Positions 1 to 12,500 of a stretch of DNA of 64,000 nucleotides are shown piece after piece (the first letter of the stretch is position 1; the number at the start of each line of letters is the position of its first letter). The notes beneath the pieces are model-generated. The model was not told where the DNA came from and did no database searches. It worked only from the letters and a program-made list of their open reading frames with translations. Where the stretch lies: contig OZ316776.1 in NCBI GenBank assembly GCA_973851085.1, forward strand, positions 2,108,001 through 2,172,000, read 5' to 3'. This DNA is from Ptychomitrium polyphyllum (Eukaryota). The translations under genes and the position numbers were made by a program.

Positions 1-590
1 TAGTTATGTTTTATTCAATATCCACCATGGAAAAAGTGCATTTTCATTACATGTCCATTTTCAATAATCTATTATAAAATTCACATTACTACCCCTTCAT
101 GAGTCCATTAATTTCAATCACATTATTACCATTTTCTTAACCATTTGTCACTTTGATGGTTACTAAATCTGCATTTGGTGGTTATTAGTCTTTTATAATT
201 GGTAGATTTAAAAAAGAAGTAGGAATGGGTGTGCTTGTTTTAAGGTTAAGTTGCATAAAAGCAACTATCTATCTATTACAACTAATTTTAATTTAATAAT
301 GTATGTAGAATTATTTTTGAAAAAAAATAATATGGAAAAAATGTAATATAATGTTGATGAAACCATATTTTTTGAATAAATCCATAATGAAAATTTGAAG
401 TGGAATTTCTTGAACTTCCTACACATAAATCATCTTGGAAATAAACACATGAAAGAGTCAAACATGGGTAGTACTAAATTAAATGTTACATTATCATTTC
501 GTTAAGAAAGTAGTAGTTTATATTAAATTGAACTAAGCACACCAAAATACTTTGTGCACAACAAAATGATGTGTAGGATTTCATTCATTG

Positions 591-748
591 TGGGGATACA
601 TTATAAAGGTAAGTACTTCAAGGATGAGCATAGGCTCCAAAGTATAGAGCAAATTCCCATGTAAAAAAATTGTTAGGCCTCCTTCCTTATTTGTAGACCA
701 ATTCTACTTATCCACCCTTGAAGTACTCACCCTTGGACTATAACCTCA
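591..748. mobile_element. MITE-like element (~160 bp) with imperfect ~34-bp terminal inverted repeats
   Basis: GGTAAGTACTTCAAGG (608-623) is the reverse complement, with 1 mismatch, of CCTTGAAGTACTCACC (716-731); the similarity extends outward to about 591/748. Related copies at about 3311-3452 and 17919-18010. Confidence 0.55.
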
Positions 749-3310
749 TTTATTGTTATTCAATCCATTTTCAGGTTTTATAGCACTTCATTCAATGTCA
801 AAATATATGGGGAAGGATTTAGAAGGGGCAAAGTTTGAGGTTCCACCTTAATAATTCACTCAGTTGTAAGGTTAAGGCCAAGGGGAGGGGTTGTCCATTT
901 TCCAGTACCAGCCTGCATTCCACCCACCTAAGACAAGAATCAACAAAGCAGGTCACATGTTTGCAAATACTTCTCTGAATTTTGAAATGTGGACAGGAAC
1001 ATGGCTATGAAGTCAGTAGGCCACCACAAACTTTATTTTGCAGATGAATCATGATCAAATAATTCATGTGCATGCATCACTCTGTTCCTCAACCATGTCA
1101 TGATGTTCAGACTTGCTTCCCAAATCCCTTATTTCTTGTAGGAATAGGTTTCATGCAATTGAAGGTCAAGTTTGCATCAATTTTATACTTTTTTCACAAT
1201 AAGTCAAACAAGATCCGTACCATGCTAATGAACAAGAGAAAGAGTAGGTTGTCTTGTTGCATGATTGACATACTTTTGAGCTGCATTGCATATGACAATT
1301 GATAGTTGGCCAACAAGCAATATGTCTGCAATTCAAGGCTCGTCAACATGAAACATTTGTATACTGTATGCAACCAACCTGTCCTTCAAATTGTGCATTG
1401 TCTTGTATCCCTTGTTTTGAACTCAGAATCCATGAGAAATATGAAGCATTCAATAAGAGCAGCAGAGGACCATGGGCAGCTTTAAATGTTTCATCAGAGT
1501 TGCCCAGATGCTTGAGAATGCGGAGACACTTCCATTGATTTTCCAACTGTGCTCATCTGTGTAATTGTGGAATATGAGTTGATGTGAGATCCTCTCATTG
1601 CAACAGTGAGAGATATGTACCAGCTCACTAGGATGTTGATGAGAGTTTTCTAAGCATAACTACACAACACACAGATATGACTACTTGCACCTATGCTACA
1701 ATAGATTTTTTTGAATTTGATCATTTCATAAATAAACTTGCCACTGTTTCTGATAGCTTCGGTCTGCTGGCAGAGATTTGGAAACTTTATCTCCATTAAA
1801 GACTGAAGCAGAAAGTGGGTTACTGGCAGCCAAGGAGAGCAAAAGCTTCTTAGGGAAGCTAAGCGCAATTGAATGGACAAGCAAGCGATAGGCTCCTCTC
1901 CTTTTGCTTTGCATTTACCATTTCCTCTACAATTAAAAATAGTGAATCACTTCATTACAAACTTGTTCATGTATAAATTCAGTCTTTAGTTCCAACCTTA
2001 TAAACTCCCAAAGAGTGGCAAGTTTAGGTATATCATTTAAGGACCAATCAAAACCACAATCATGACAAAGCCTTCTGTTATGAGGCACTTAATAAGCAGA
2101 GAAATACAAATTTGGCGATTGTGGTATGTAATAACTGAGAGCAAACACACATTGGTCACATTATCACCAGAATGGCTCCAGGTTACCCCCAACTTTGAAG
2201 AATCATTAAATCCCCATTTCCCATATCGACTCAGCACTAAATAACCACCACATAGTTACTCAGACTCAGTAACTTAGCTCATAGCTTTCAACTTATGAGT
2301 TCCAGTAAAGGGCTCACGCAGTAAAGTTTGGCGGTAGTGGCTCATGAAATTCTCTTGTTAAATGCTGGTGTCATCGAATTGCCTCAGCAAATCTATGTGT
2401 TTCCCTGAAAATTAAACACCGCCTCAGAAAGGGACCCGCCGCCTGACTTCTCGGAGGCTTCCATATATTAAGGCAAGTCTTGATTGTGAACAAAAACGCT
2501 TTAATTAATCCATTGATGGTGGAATCCAAGTAAAAACCTTGAGGCTCTAGATCCGAGATGATCTGGTAATTCTAGAGGGCAGATTGTGCACATGCCTGTA
2601 TGCACTCAACTAACTTATATCATCGTTTCTGTCAGATGACTAAGGTAGGAGCACCTACACCCAACGTGTACCTAGTTTTAACATTGACCAAAATTTACAT
2701 GCTAGACTTTTGAGTCTTAAAGATTGTAGATGTTAGTTTAAGGGCCATATTGTTTCCATCTCCAACAATTCATAATAAATTCATGAAATTTTGGATTTCA
2801 TTTGAAAATGGAGATGCAAGAGAAGTGCTTACAAGTATTTCAACATGTATAGGTATGGTTCATTGCTTAAAGTGGTGGTTTGAGGTACTCCTTCCTTAAG
2901 CATGTAGTATATGATGTAGTTTGCTTCTCAAATTTGAAATTTGTTTTTGTTTCATGTAGCTTAGTCCAACTTTGATTCCATTTTATGTCAATGGCGACCG
3001 GCTAGCATTCTGATGATAGGGCTCCGCTGTTTACAACGAAAAGTGCAACTAAAAAGCAGAGGGGTGTTAGTGAGGGACCGTTTTCTGCTGGAAATTGGCG
3101 AAGGTGGAGCATATTGGTACAGGTAGGTGTTCACCACTGCTGGCATCAATTCAGAGCAGCTGAGGGACTGATGCTGTCCCTAACTTTTAGGTGATTGTAA
3201 TCTGCTAACGAGACTGTTGTATTCAGGGTTACATGGAACACACAACATTGTGATACAATAAGCAGTTGGCGTGCTGAGCTGTGCTAATGACAGCGAAAGC
3301 TGAAACCGAC

Positions 3311-3452
3311 TCTTGAGTCTGAGTACTTAAGCATGGACTGTATAATGCAAATCCAGCCCGGTATTCGTGATTCCTCCTCATTTGTAGGCTGACTACTCTA
3401 ATTCAAGGGAGTGGTAGTCTTTGAAGTACTCACCCTCGGACTACAGCCTCCC
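3311..3452. mobile_element. second copy of the MITE-like family
   Basis: TTGAAGTACTCACCCTCGGACTACAGCCTCCC (3421-3452) matches the right TIR of 591-748. Degenerate left TIR GAGTACTTAAG near 3321; shared internal CCTCC..TTTGTAGG. Confidence 0.45.
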
Positions 3453-3976
3453 GGAAACCAGTTCTAGCATTGGTTGCTTGGAATTCAGTTGAGGCCCTTC
3501 AGTGCGGGACTCCAGATCTGTTATTTGTCGTGCTGCAGAAATTTCAAAGGAGAGCACTGAGCAAAGTCCACAGAAGAGGAAAGAAAGAGAGATTTATAAT
3601 CAAGTGTGATTACCAAGTGACCTTCGTTGCAAAGCTAATTTTTTATCTCAGATCAAGCTTTGCACGATCTGCTTGCTTCTCAGCTAAATATGTTGGCCTT
3701 GACAGAATGCAGATTCTTAGCAGTTCCCGAAAGTGACTACAGGCGAGCAGCAGGCAAAAGTGGCGCCAATTGTACAAAAAACTGTAGAAGAGAAAGTAGT
3801 ACACAGTTCTATCTTGAACTATTCTGGGTGTTATGAATTTTTCAAAAACTTTTGGCTCTGAAGTGTCGAAAAGGGTATCGCAGGGTTTTCTTGCACAAGG
3901 AACTAAGATAATTCCTTTGAATTGACGTCAAAATTGAGCTCCAAAACCTAAACTAACTTCAAACTAAGACCTTCCG

Positions 3977-5337
3977 CTACGTCCGAATACCAACTCTTTG
4001 CTTCTTGCAAGGTGGAACAGCAGTACTGAAATCGACAGGCACCTTGCTCTCACATCTCGGGCACCTGGGGTCGGTTTTGTTCAGCATCACGTACATAAGA
4101 CACCGTGTACAAGCTGCCATGACAAGTGCACCAGCTGGATCCACAATACTCTCAGCTTCAGTACAGCCCCTGAAACAAAATAACACCATCAATTTAACAG
4201 CTTAATTTCCAGTGTTCAAACTCACATACGAAGCTTGGATCTTTTGGAATGGGTTATTCAAAAATAATTATCTTACCCTGTTGAAGAAGAATTTGAAAGA
4301 CCTTTCCGAGATTCATGACTCGGAAGGGAAAACGTTGAAGAGGCAGATGAGGAGCTGCTGATTGAAGGGGAAGCGCCCGATGGCTCAGTGCGGGTGGAAT
4401 TTGTAAGAGATGAGAATGAGGAAGAGATTGAGTGCTTGTACTGCAATTTAGGCGTCTCCCTCTTCAGGGATAACCTTGAGTTGGACTGAGTTCTCGTCAA
4501 AGCGTTTTGTATCATCTCCATGGTGCACACAGTTCGCTCTTGAGGCCAGCATGAGGGGAGTCTGAAGTTGCTGCTGTATCCACCCGCTGTCAAGTTCAAG
4601 TCCAACTCCAAGTAGGAATCTCCCTCTACCACTCCGGAGATACTCCCAGTCCCAGAGCCATGGCGATCGTCCAACTGCAAGTTCCACAGCTGCTTGCCAG
4701 TTGAGAAAGAATGAAAAGACTCTCTGCTCTTTTGGTGAGGACTTCCAGAAAACGACGAAGAGGAAGCTTTTAGCATTTCTTGTCTCAGAGTCTCGGATTT
4801 CTTGCTGCCCAGAAACTCATGAGCATGGAGCGTGGGTTGTGTCTGGAGCTCTACCTCGCCTTGTCTGAATAAACTTATTCGGGGGTCATCAAAACTGCTC
4901 ACTCCAGAGGCATGGTTTACATAGTAAAGCTTCCCAGTCTGCACAAAAAATATTACATGGCACCATCAGAACTGTATAGACTCAAACCGACACTAAGTTA
5001 TCGAAATAATTTCAACACATAATTCACACCAGATGAGGATGTTGTTCTGCTGTACCTGCAGGTCCAGGCGTTTCTCCCAGCCGCTAGGGAGGGGCTCTTC
5101 AGGGTGCAGGTGAAGATCGAAGTCCAGTGAGCCGGACGATTGGGTCACATACGAAGGAGATGAATCTGCGTTACCAAGCAAATCTAAGGTCAATCCTGGT
5201 TTCACAGCAGGCTGTGATCGAAGCTGCCCCATCATAAGTTGCATCAGCTGCTGGGCATCCGCACCCCACGCCTTCTTCATCCTCACTGGACTACCCGAAT
5301 CTTCTCTTCTACATGAAACCTCCATTGCTATAGCCAT
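3977..5337 (-). CDS. CFL1-like WW-domain protein with EAR motif and C-terminal zinc ribbon, paralog A (~378 aa). Exons 5337-5056, 4938-4277, 4169-3977
   Basis: GT-AG introns join in frame: PLPSGWEKRLDLQ|TGKLYYVNHASGVSSFDDPR (WW domain), LELDLNL (EAR), VCTMEMIQNALTR (conserved CFL1 block), LVMAACTRCLMYVMLNKTDPRCPRC (GIR1/CFL1-type zinc ribbon). ATG at 5337, TAG at 3977. Confidence 0.88.
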
Positions 5338-5903
5338 CTCCACAGCAAAGGCTATCTACAACCTCTCCTTCCTACACCTTAACCCTCTCAAACCGATGGA
5401 CTCACAACTTTACTTCACCCTCTCTAGAAAGCAGACTCAGTGCGCCAGAGATGTTCTAACAAACAAAACTTTGAACTCAGAACATGTATACATCTAGTCT
5501 CGAACTGGAGCTGCAGGGCGTCCAAACGTGAAGCTTGAGGGACGATTTGCACAAAACAGGCTGGCTTTGAACACACACGTATAACCCTTGTTCATTCAAC
5601 CACCATGTACTATTAACAACCAGCGTTGCTACTTTATTTCTAGAGAGGAGCCCTCAGCCGAGCTTAGCTAGCAGCCGCCTGACCGGGGTCCGGCGGAGTC
5701 GGGACTCAGGATCGTCACCAATAGTGCAGATTTAGTTCCCTACAAGGGCAGCATTGATGGGGTTCAAAAGGGGACCTTGGGTTGGAGAAGATGCCTGCAC
5801 CCGTGTAAAAGAGAGAGCGCCTCTGGACATATTAAATAAAGGCCCCAGGGAAAGTCCTCCACAGTCTGCAATATCTTGGTGCAGCGGATGGGATAGACTT
5901 TCA

Positions 5904-5975
5904 GGGCATCTGGTCTAGTGGTATGATTCTCGCTTCGGGTGCGAGAGGTCGGGAGTTCGATTCTCCCGATGCCCC
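5904..5975 (+). tRNA. trnP-CGG: tRNA-Pro, anticodon CGG
   Basis: Acceptor stem GGGCATC/GATGCCC, D-arm TGGTCTAGTGGTATGA, anticodon arm CTCGC-TTCGGGT-GCGAG, T-arm GGGAG-TTCGATT-CTCCC. TTTT run at 6013-6016 is a probable Pol III terminator. Confidence 0.96.
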
Positions 5976-6509
5976 CAGTCCTACTGCACTGCTCCCACCT
6001 CGAGGATACCACTTTTCATGCTTGATCATTCCAAAATAGATGAAGCTTCAAATATAAAAAATAAATATTAATTTTAAACAAAATTATTATTTTGTTCAAT
6101 TTTTAAACAAAATCACTCATAAAAGAAAACCAAATGCAATGAAGTTATATCAGTTTCTTAAAATGCACCCTTTATTAAGGCTTAGATATACATGTATGTA
6201 CAATCTCTTTTTAAAGTCCTTATATATATGAACGAATTTTATAGCAAATAAGCAATATATACACAAATGACAATCATATCAAATTCAAATAGTTAAATAT
6301 ATATATGATTAATTATAATATAAAACTTATCTTTTAAACTTACATACATAATTTTATTTTAGCAATTAAATGTAAGAACTCATACTTAATGCTTGAATTC
6401 AAACTTTATTAATAATTATATGTCTTAATATACGTTTAACAAAATTATCTATTAAATATTTCTTCTTTGCCTTGTGTTTTTAAAGAGTGTTTTCTTATAA
6501 ACAATAGTA

Positions 6510-6640
6510 TCCAACAATTTATAGCATAAGCATTAAAGCTCTCTTGATTGCAAAAGAGCAACTAGAAGAACTTTGGATATTAATGCAAATGAAGGGTTGG
6601 TTTAGAAGAACTTGGTTAGATTTGAAGAGGTCCAAATTTT
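6510..6640 (-). repeat. copy of a dispersed ~300-bp AT-rich repeat family (reverse orientation, partial)
   Basis: TTTGAAGAGGTCCAAA and AAGCATTAAAGC blocks match 45071-45086 and the reverse complement of 45920-45960. Confidence 0.45.
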
Positions 6641-9244
6641 GTAGCAAAAATGAATAGCAAGAGTGTAATTGCAAAAATTTCATCTTTTAAATGAATGTAT
6701 TATTGGATAACTTTTATGTACAACCATCATTTAGAATATCTACTATGTTTTTATCTTTTTTTAATTGCAACATGTGCAATAGATGTGTAATTTGTACAAA
6801 TGACCTTCAATAAGCTTCCATTTTGTACATATTTATAAATCACCATTGAGTATGTACAGAGCACTTCTGAAGCAATTATTTATGCAGTCACATGATTCTA
6901 TTGAAATTAAAATATTGAATTAATTTCTTCATGTGTTTTTCTCTTATTCATTGATATTATAAATATATAAAATAATAATATATTATGTAGAAACTATGAT
7001 AGTTTGGATTGTTATTATTGTAGCATGTATTCATGCACTACATAAAATTCAATGCTTCCTATCCTATAGATTCAAATCTTTGAAACATCATTGTATACAT
7101 CTTATAATAATTTTTGTTAATAATTACTTTTATTAGCAAAAGATTTTATCCATGAAAATTTTGTAATGGGAAAAGGCAAACATTCAACATCTCATATTCA
7201 TTAAATTCAAAGCTTGAAAAATAACCAATTTATTAACCTTTGAAGTAAAAGGCGCTTCATCACTATCCATATCACTTTCAACGCCTTTATGGTTTGGGAG
7301 ATTCAGGACCCTATTTGTAAACAAACTAACAAAATATCTCTTTATTTGTGTATTGAAATTTTGAAATAAATTTGGAAGTGTAGACAAACTAAATAAAAAA
7401 GTCATATCTCAAGCAAGTTCCTCACTTTCTTAATGAATATTTTAAAATGTTCCAAAGATAAACTTCATCAAAATAAAGTCCATTCTTCCCCTTGAAAAAT
7501 CTGAAAATTAAAAAAGCCCTTTAAAACACAATCGTCAATCTATATTTAGAAGCATTTATTGACAAACCTGCTAAGCTAGTACGATATACATGTTCTGCCG
7601 AGCCATGGTACAAGCAATTATCAAACGTCTTATAGAATCTTTGTAACTCTGTTGATACCCTTGCATTCATGGCCTGTGCAGTCAGAGGACATGACAGGGA
7701 TGTCAACAATTTTTGTATTAGCTATCCAGAGTACTATGAGGCTTTAGCCAAGCCAGTCTTGAAAATAGAGCAATATAATGATCCAAACACAAGGTTTTTG
7801 TTGTTTAATTATATTGTGCCATTTAATGGATACTGCAGAGGCAGGGGCCTGGCCCCTGTTGGGCCTTTGCCAGGGCAGACTCAGTTCATAAGAACATTCA
7901 TACTGGATTTAATTGCAAGTGCTCCTAGAACATCAGTTAAGGGTTCACATGCTGGAAATGATATTTGCAATTTTCACTGAATTTGGAAGGCAGCGCGGAG
8001 ACCAATTAGTTACAAAGCTTTTTCTTTAATGCTTGAGTCTTGCCACCGCAGACGTTTCACTAGTAAGGGCACGCACATGAGTTCCAAAAGAACGTGATAT
8101 TCTACAGTCACAACTTGAGCATGTTTTTAGGCACCCATATTCCTGCCAATTTCATCTAGCTCATGTCCAGTATGCATTTAAAAAAACATGCCATGACTAG
8201 GCAGTGTTGAAGTAGAAACAACTTCATTTATAATTTCATTCATATTCTTAACATTGAGGGACTTGCACAAACAGCTGTCTATGATTTGTCTATGGTTGAA
8301 ATGCCATGATCTCATTGCTTACAAATCAACACGCTGTCATTATTATGAAGCTTTATGCTGCTGGGCATGTCACAGATTTAAAGGTGTTCTCTTCTAACAA
8401 CATCTTTAAATGTCATGAAAGATTCAATTGCAGTGGCCTGTGCAGTAATCCATATACATTAGTGATTTGTAGACTTGTGCCTTATTTGCTGTTTATATCA
8501 TCTTTTGTCTACTCTTCCCATTCTCCCCTTACATGCATGGTACATATATCACATTCTACAGTCACCTTTATCTTTTCTAATACGGCCTCTGTCAGTCAAA
8601 GTTCTAACACATGTATGAAAGTCTTACACAAAGTGTGTAGATACATCAATTGAAAAACATAAATGATGGTTTATTTTGTTGCTGTCAAAATTTTGGTTCA
8701 TCAGGATATTTTGGGTTCATGTTGCCATATTTTTTGCTATACTTTAAAGTTTATTTTTTGTATTTTATATTTTATATTTTGTTCTATTCTATTTTGTGTT
8801 GTAACTTCAAGGTCAATGGATTTGAAGCCTTACAACACCACATTCTGTACTGTGTTTTCCTTTCAAGTCTTTAAATTGAAATTCTTTTGTGTTAATTTCA
8901 TCATCCAACACGGAAGGTCGTTTAGGTTACAAACCTTATCCTGTGATGCAAATAGCGGTGCACTGGTTAATCATTAAGAGCATGTAAATGTGCTGTGTAC
9001 TTCCAAACAAGTAAATGGAGTCAACTATAGTGTCACTTATATACGTTATTCATGTGCCTATGGTCCCACAGGAAAATTATTAGGGTAGCAGTTGCACTTA
9101 GTTCCTTTAAGACTGTGAGTTACTTTCACCTTACAAACTCCATTCACTTACTAATTTTTTTGAAATTCCTCCAATAACAACCTTCTAGAAACATTGTTTG
9201 TTTTTGTTTATTTTTTTGTATTTTCAAATGTAATATATTTATTT

Positions 9245-9500
9245 GTTAAGTCCTCTTCTCTCCAAATAGAAAAGTTTTCCAAAACAAATCCCAAAACTCA
9301 TTTTTACTACAAGAGAGGGAAAAAATACATTCATTGTGTTTTCTAACAATCCAATGAAGAGCTTTTGCAATGTCAAGGTGTGATCTTGGAGCCTCAAACT
9401 TTGAACTTCTTCAAAAGTAACCAATTCTTAGTTTATCCTAAATGCCCAAAGCTTCTTCAAATACTCTTCTAATCTCAAAGTGCTTTAAAATTTTTCTTAA
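9245..9500 (+). repeat. copy of the dispersed ~300-bp repeat family
   Basis: GTTAAGTCCTC...AAACTCATTTTT...CCAATGAAGAGCTTTTGCAATG...CTCAAACTTTG...ATGCCCAAAGCTTCT aligns by eye with 45687-45990 and 52400-52600. Confidence 0.55.
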
Positions 9501-12500
9501 TGCCTATATTTTTGTTATACTATGATTATAAAGAATATCAAAATCATTTGTAATATGTTGATAGAATTTTAAACAATTCTTTTTTATGATTATTAACTTA
9601 ACAATTAGTTTATATGAAATTTAGATAATACATGTGTTATAGATTATAGGAGACTATAATTTACATAGGAAATATCTTTTTAAAATATAAGGTGAAGGAG
9701 TTCTATTGAAGAAAAACTTTTGAAGAAAAAGAATTAAAAAACAACCAACAATTTTCCAATCAATAAGATTTTTATGATCATTTTTACCCAAATACCAATT
9801 CCAAGGAAATCATTGAAAACACGGTATGGTAAATACATGTACAACAAAGATATTTTATTTTTGATGATATAAAGATTCTACAATATTATAGAGCTTTCAT
9901 AAAGTTTTGTATGAGCAACCTTTACAGATTTTTAAATTGCTTATGAAGCACTGCATATTACCTTTGAATTTTATAAATTTTATTAGGAAATCTATTAAGC
10001 ACCACATATTTTTGGCACATTATTTTGAAACATTTTTTATAATAATTGCCTAAAATACTGACAGATATATATATAATTCAACTTTAAACAATCCACTCCC
10101 AATTTATTCTCAATTTTGTTGTATATTATATAAAAACAGATTTATATGCTTAGAAAGTTAGGAAAATATGAATAAAGTTGTTTATTGTTGAAATAGAGCA
10201 TATGCTTTGTTAAAGGAGATATTCACATTGGAAGCTTAATCAGTTTTACATTTCATAATTAAAACTTATAAAATGGATAATTATCTTCAAATAATAATTT
10301 GGAATTAAAATAAGTAGAATGTGGATTTCTTTTTAAAATTTGGACAAAAATTATTAGTTAGACTGAACTTATTACGTAAATGACTGTAAAAAAGAATGGA
10401 AATGGATTGAGCTATTCAATTTTTAAATGCTAATTGCTCCATATTTGAAATAATGTATTATTAAAAAAAATATATATAGTTTCAAACTTCCGTTTTTTAT
10501 TTTCTAGAAGTATCAAGTATATCAATTTTAAGTAATAAATTTCAATAAAAATCCATTTAATAAAATGAATCTCTTTTTAAACATCCTTACATATGTATTT
10601 ATGTATGTAATTCAAAAGTTTAAGAAATATTAACTTTCATTTTACTTTGTGAATTTCACTCTTTTTTCTTTTTCTTCTAAGGTGTAGATTTTGAAGAAGT
10701 TAATAGAAAAATCTTTTATTAGAAGAAAACTATTTCTGTATTCTTGCCTTATATCTTAAAGACATTGTACTAAGATATAGAAGGAAAAAATTTCTTCATT
10801 TACAATGACATCTTGATATTACTTTAGTTCTTTATTTTTATGTCTTGATTTCAGTTTATTTAGATCTTTACTAAATGAAAGATCTTTTGTTTTACTTCCT
10901 TTTACATTATGTACATTATTACTTGAACAATTAACAACTTGCTTTAAGCAATTCCAAAAGATATAACGAAAAAATTAATTTGCAATCAGTATACTAAAAT
11001 TACTTATTAATATTGAAAGAAATAGCCTTAAATCATATCTATAACTTCAACACAGCATTACGTATTCTTTAATGAATGAATAGTATGATAATTATTGTAC
11101 TTATTTATTAACCTTAAGTTGTATGAAATTGCAAAGCTTTTAAAATTATAATTAGTGTTCTTAGGTGATTTTTATTAATTTTTTGCCATATTGTTACCAT
11201 TCTAGTATGAATTAAGTTATTTCTAAAAAATCCACAAAAGTAAGGAAATCAAAGATTGAATTTTTTTATTTAAATAAAATAGAGGTGTTTATACAATTGA
11301 TTTTAAATATTAAATTAAAAATTAAAAACAAAATAATCTTTTTTCTACAAATCGACAAGTTTACAAGTTTACAGAAATATTGATATATTTCCATCTTAAA
11401 TCGTATTGTAAAACATTAACGGTAAAGTCGCCTCTTATTTTTGTAACTTTATAAACTTATAATAAAATCTACATCAAAGTTTTGTTTTTCTTAATAATTG
11501 AAATTTTCCATCCTAAAAATAAATTGATATTTGACATGATTTGTTATAGTATACTTGCTGAAGGTACTACTAGAAATTATATTACTAATTTTGTATAATC
11601 AACAAATAGTTAATTAAGCTACTTCCTTTTATGTACTTACTCTTGAATTGGAGAATTGACTCTTCTATTGAATCTCAACTGATTTTTAAAGTGAAGCACA
11701 GGTAAGAAAATCCCAATAGATCAAGTACCATCAAAAGCTATACATCTCATTGTGAATGAAAAAACTCCTCTTTTAGTTCAATCGTTCTAAAAAATCAAAG
11801 AGGGTTCAAACAGAACTCATCACAGAATACCACAACCTTGCCATGATTGTAATAATAGATTACTGATTCTTATCAACACTTTGTTGTTGCCCAGATCAAG
11901 ATGTGCAAATGTACAAGAAAACAAATCAGAGATCCATAAATTTGTTTTTATTGAGTTAATTATTTTAAGCCAAATGAAAAAACTTTTATTGCAAGGACAC
12001 AAAGTACGTAACCACCTCATCAGTCTCAGACAAAGTGCCAATCCTTTCCAGGATAGAATTATGTCCTATCAGTGCTCTTAAATACCTGAACTTAGGCCAA
12101 AGTTAATGCATAATTGTTGCTCAAGAAGCGTTATTAGAGGACGAGGAACTCCGTCATTTAAAAAATAAATCATGTGTATCTGATGTGGCCTCCTTGATGG
12201 ACGCCCATGGCCTGAAGACAGGCTCATAATTTGATTCCATGTTCTGTGTTACCATTATCCTTGCTAGAATCAAGAGGTCCATTATTGCAAATCCACCAGA
12301 TTAGTTGATCTTGATGGGAGTCATTACTATCTGGATAATGTTGTTCTGTCTTAGTTCGGGAGTTATTGTAACAGGAGCATAAATTACATTACAAATCTCA
12401 TTCGGAGTTAAGTGGATGTCTACTGTGCAGGAATCTGTGTACTTAATTCTGTAACCAACAACAATTTCCAAACAGACTGATGATTGTGAGGCCCAGGAAA

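Noticed and set aside
1066..1914. Cluster of short ORFs in moderate-GC DNA
   Set aside because: No recognisable domain and no consistent splice pattern; several begin at non-ATG starts.
7669..7980. 103-aa ORF (MACAVRGHDRD...)
   Set aside because: No motif I recognise and no supporting gene structure; length is compatible with chance.
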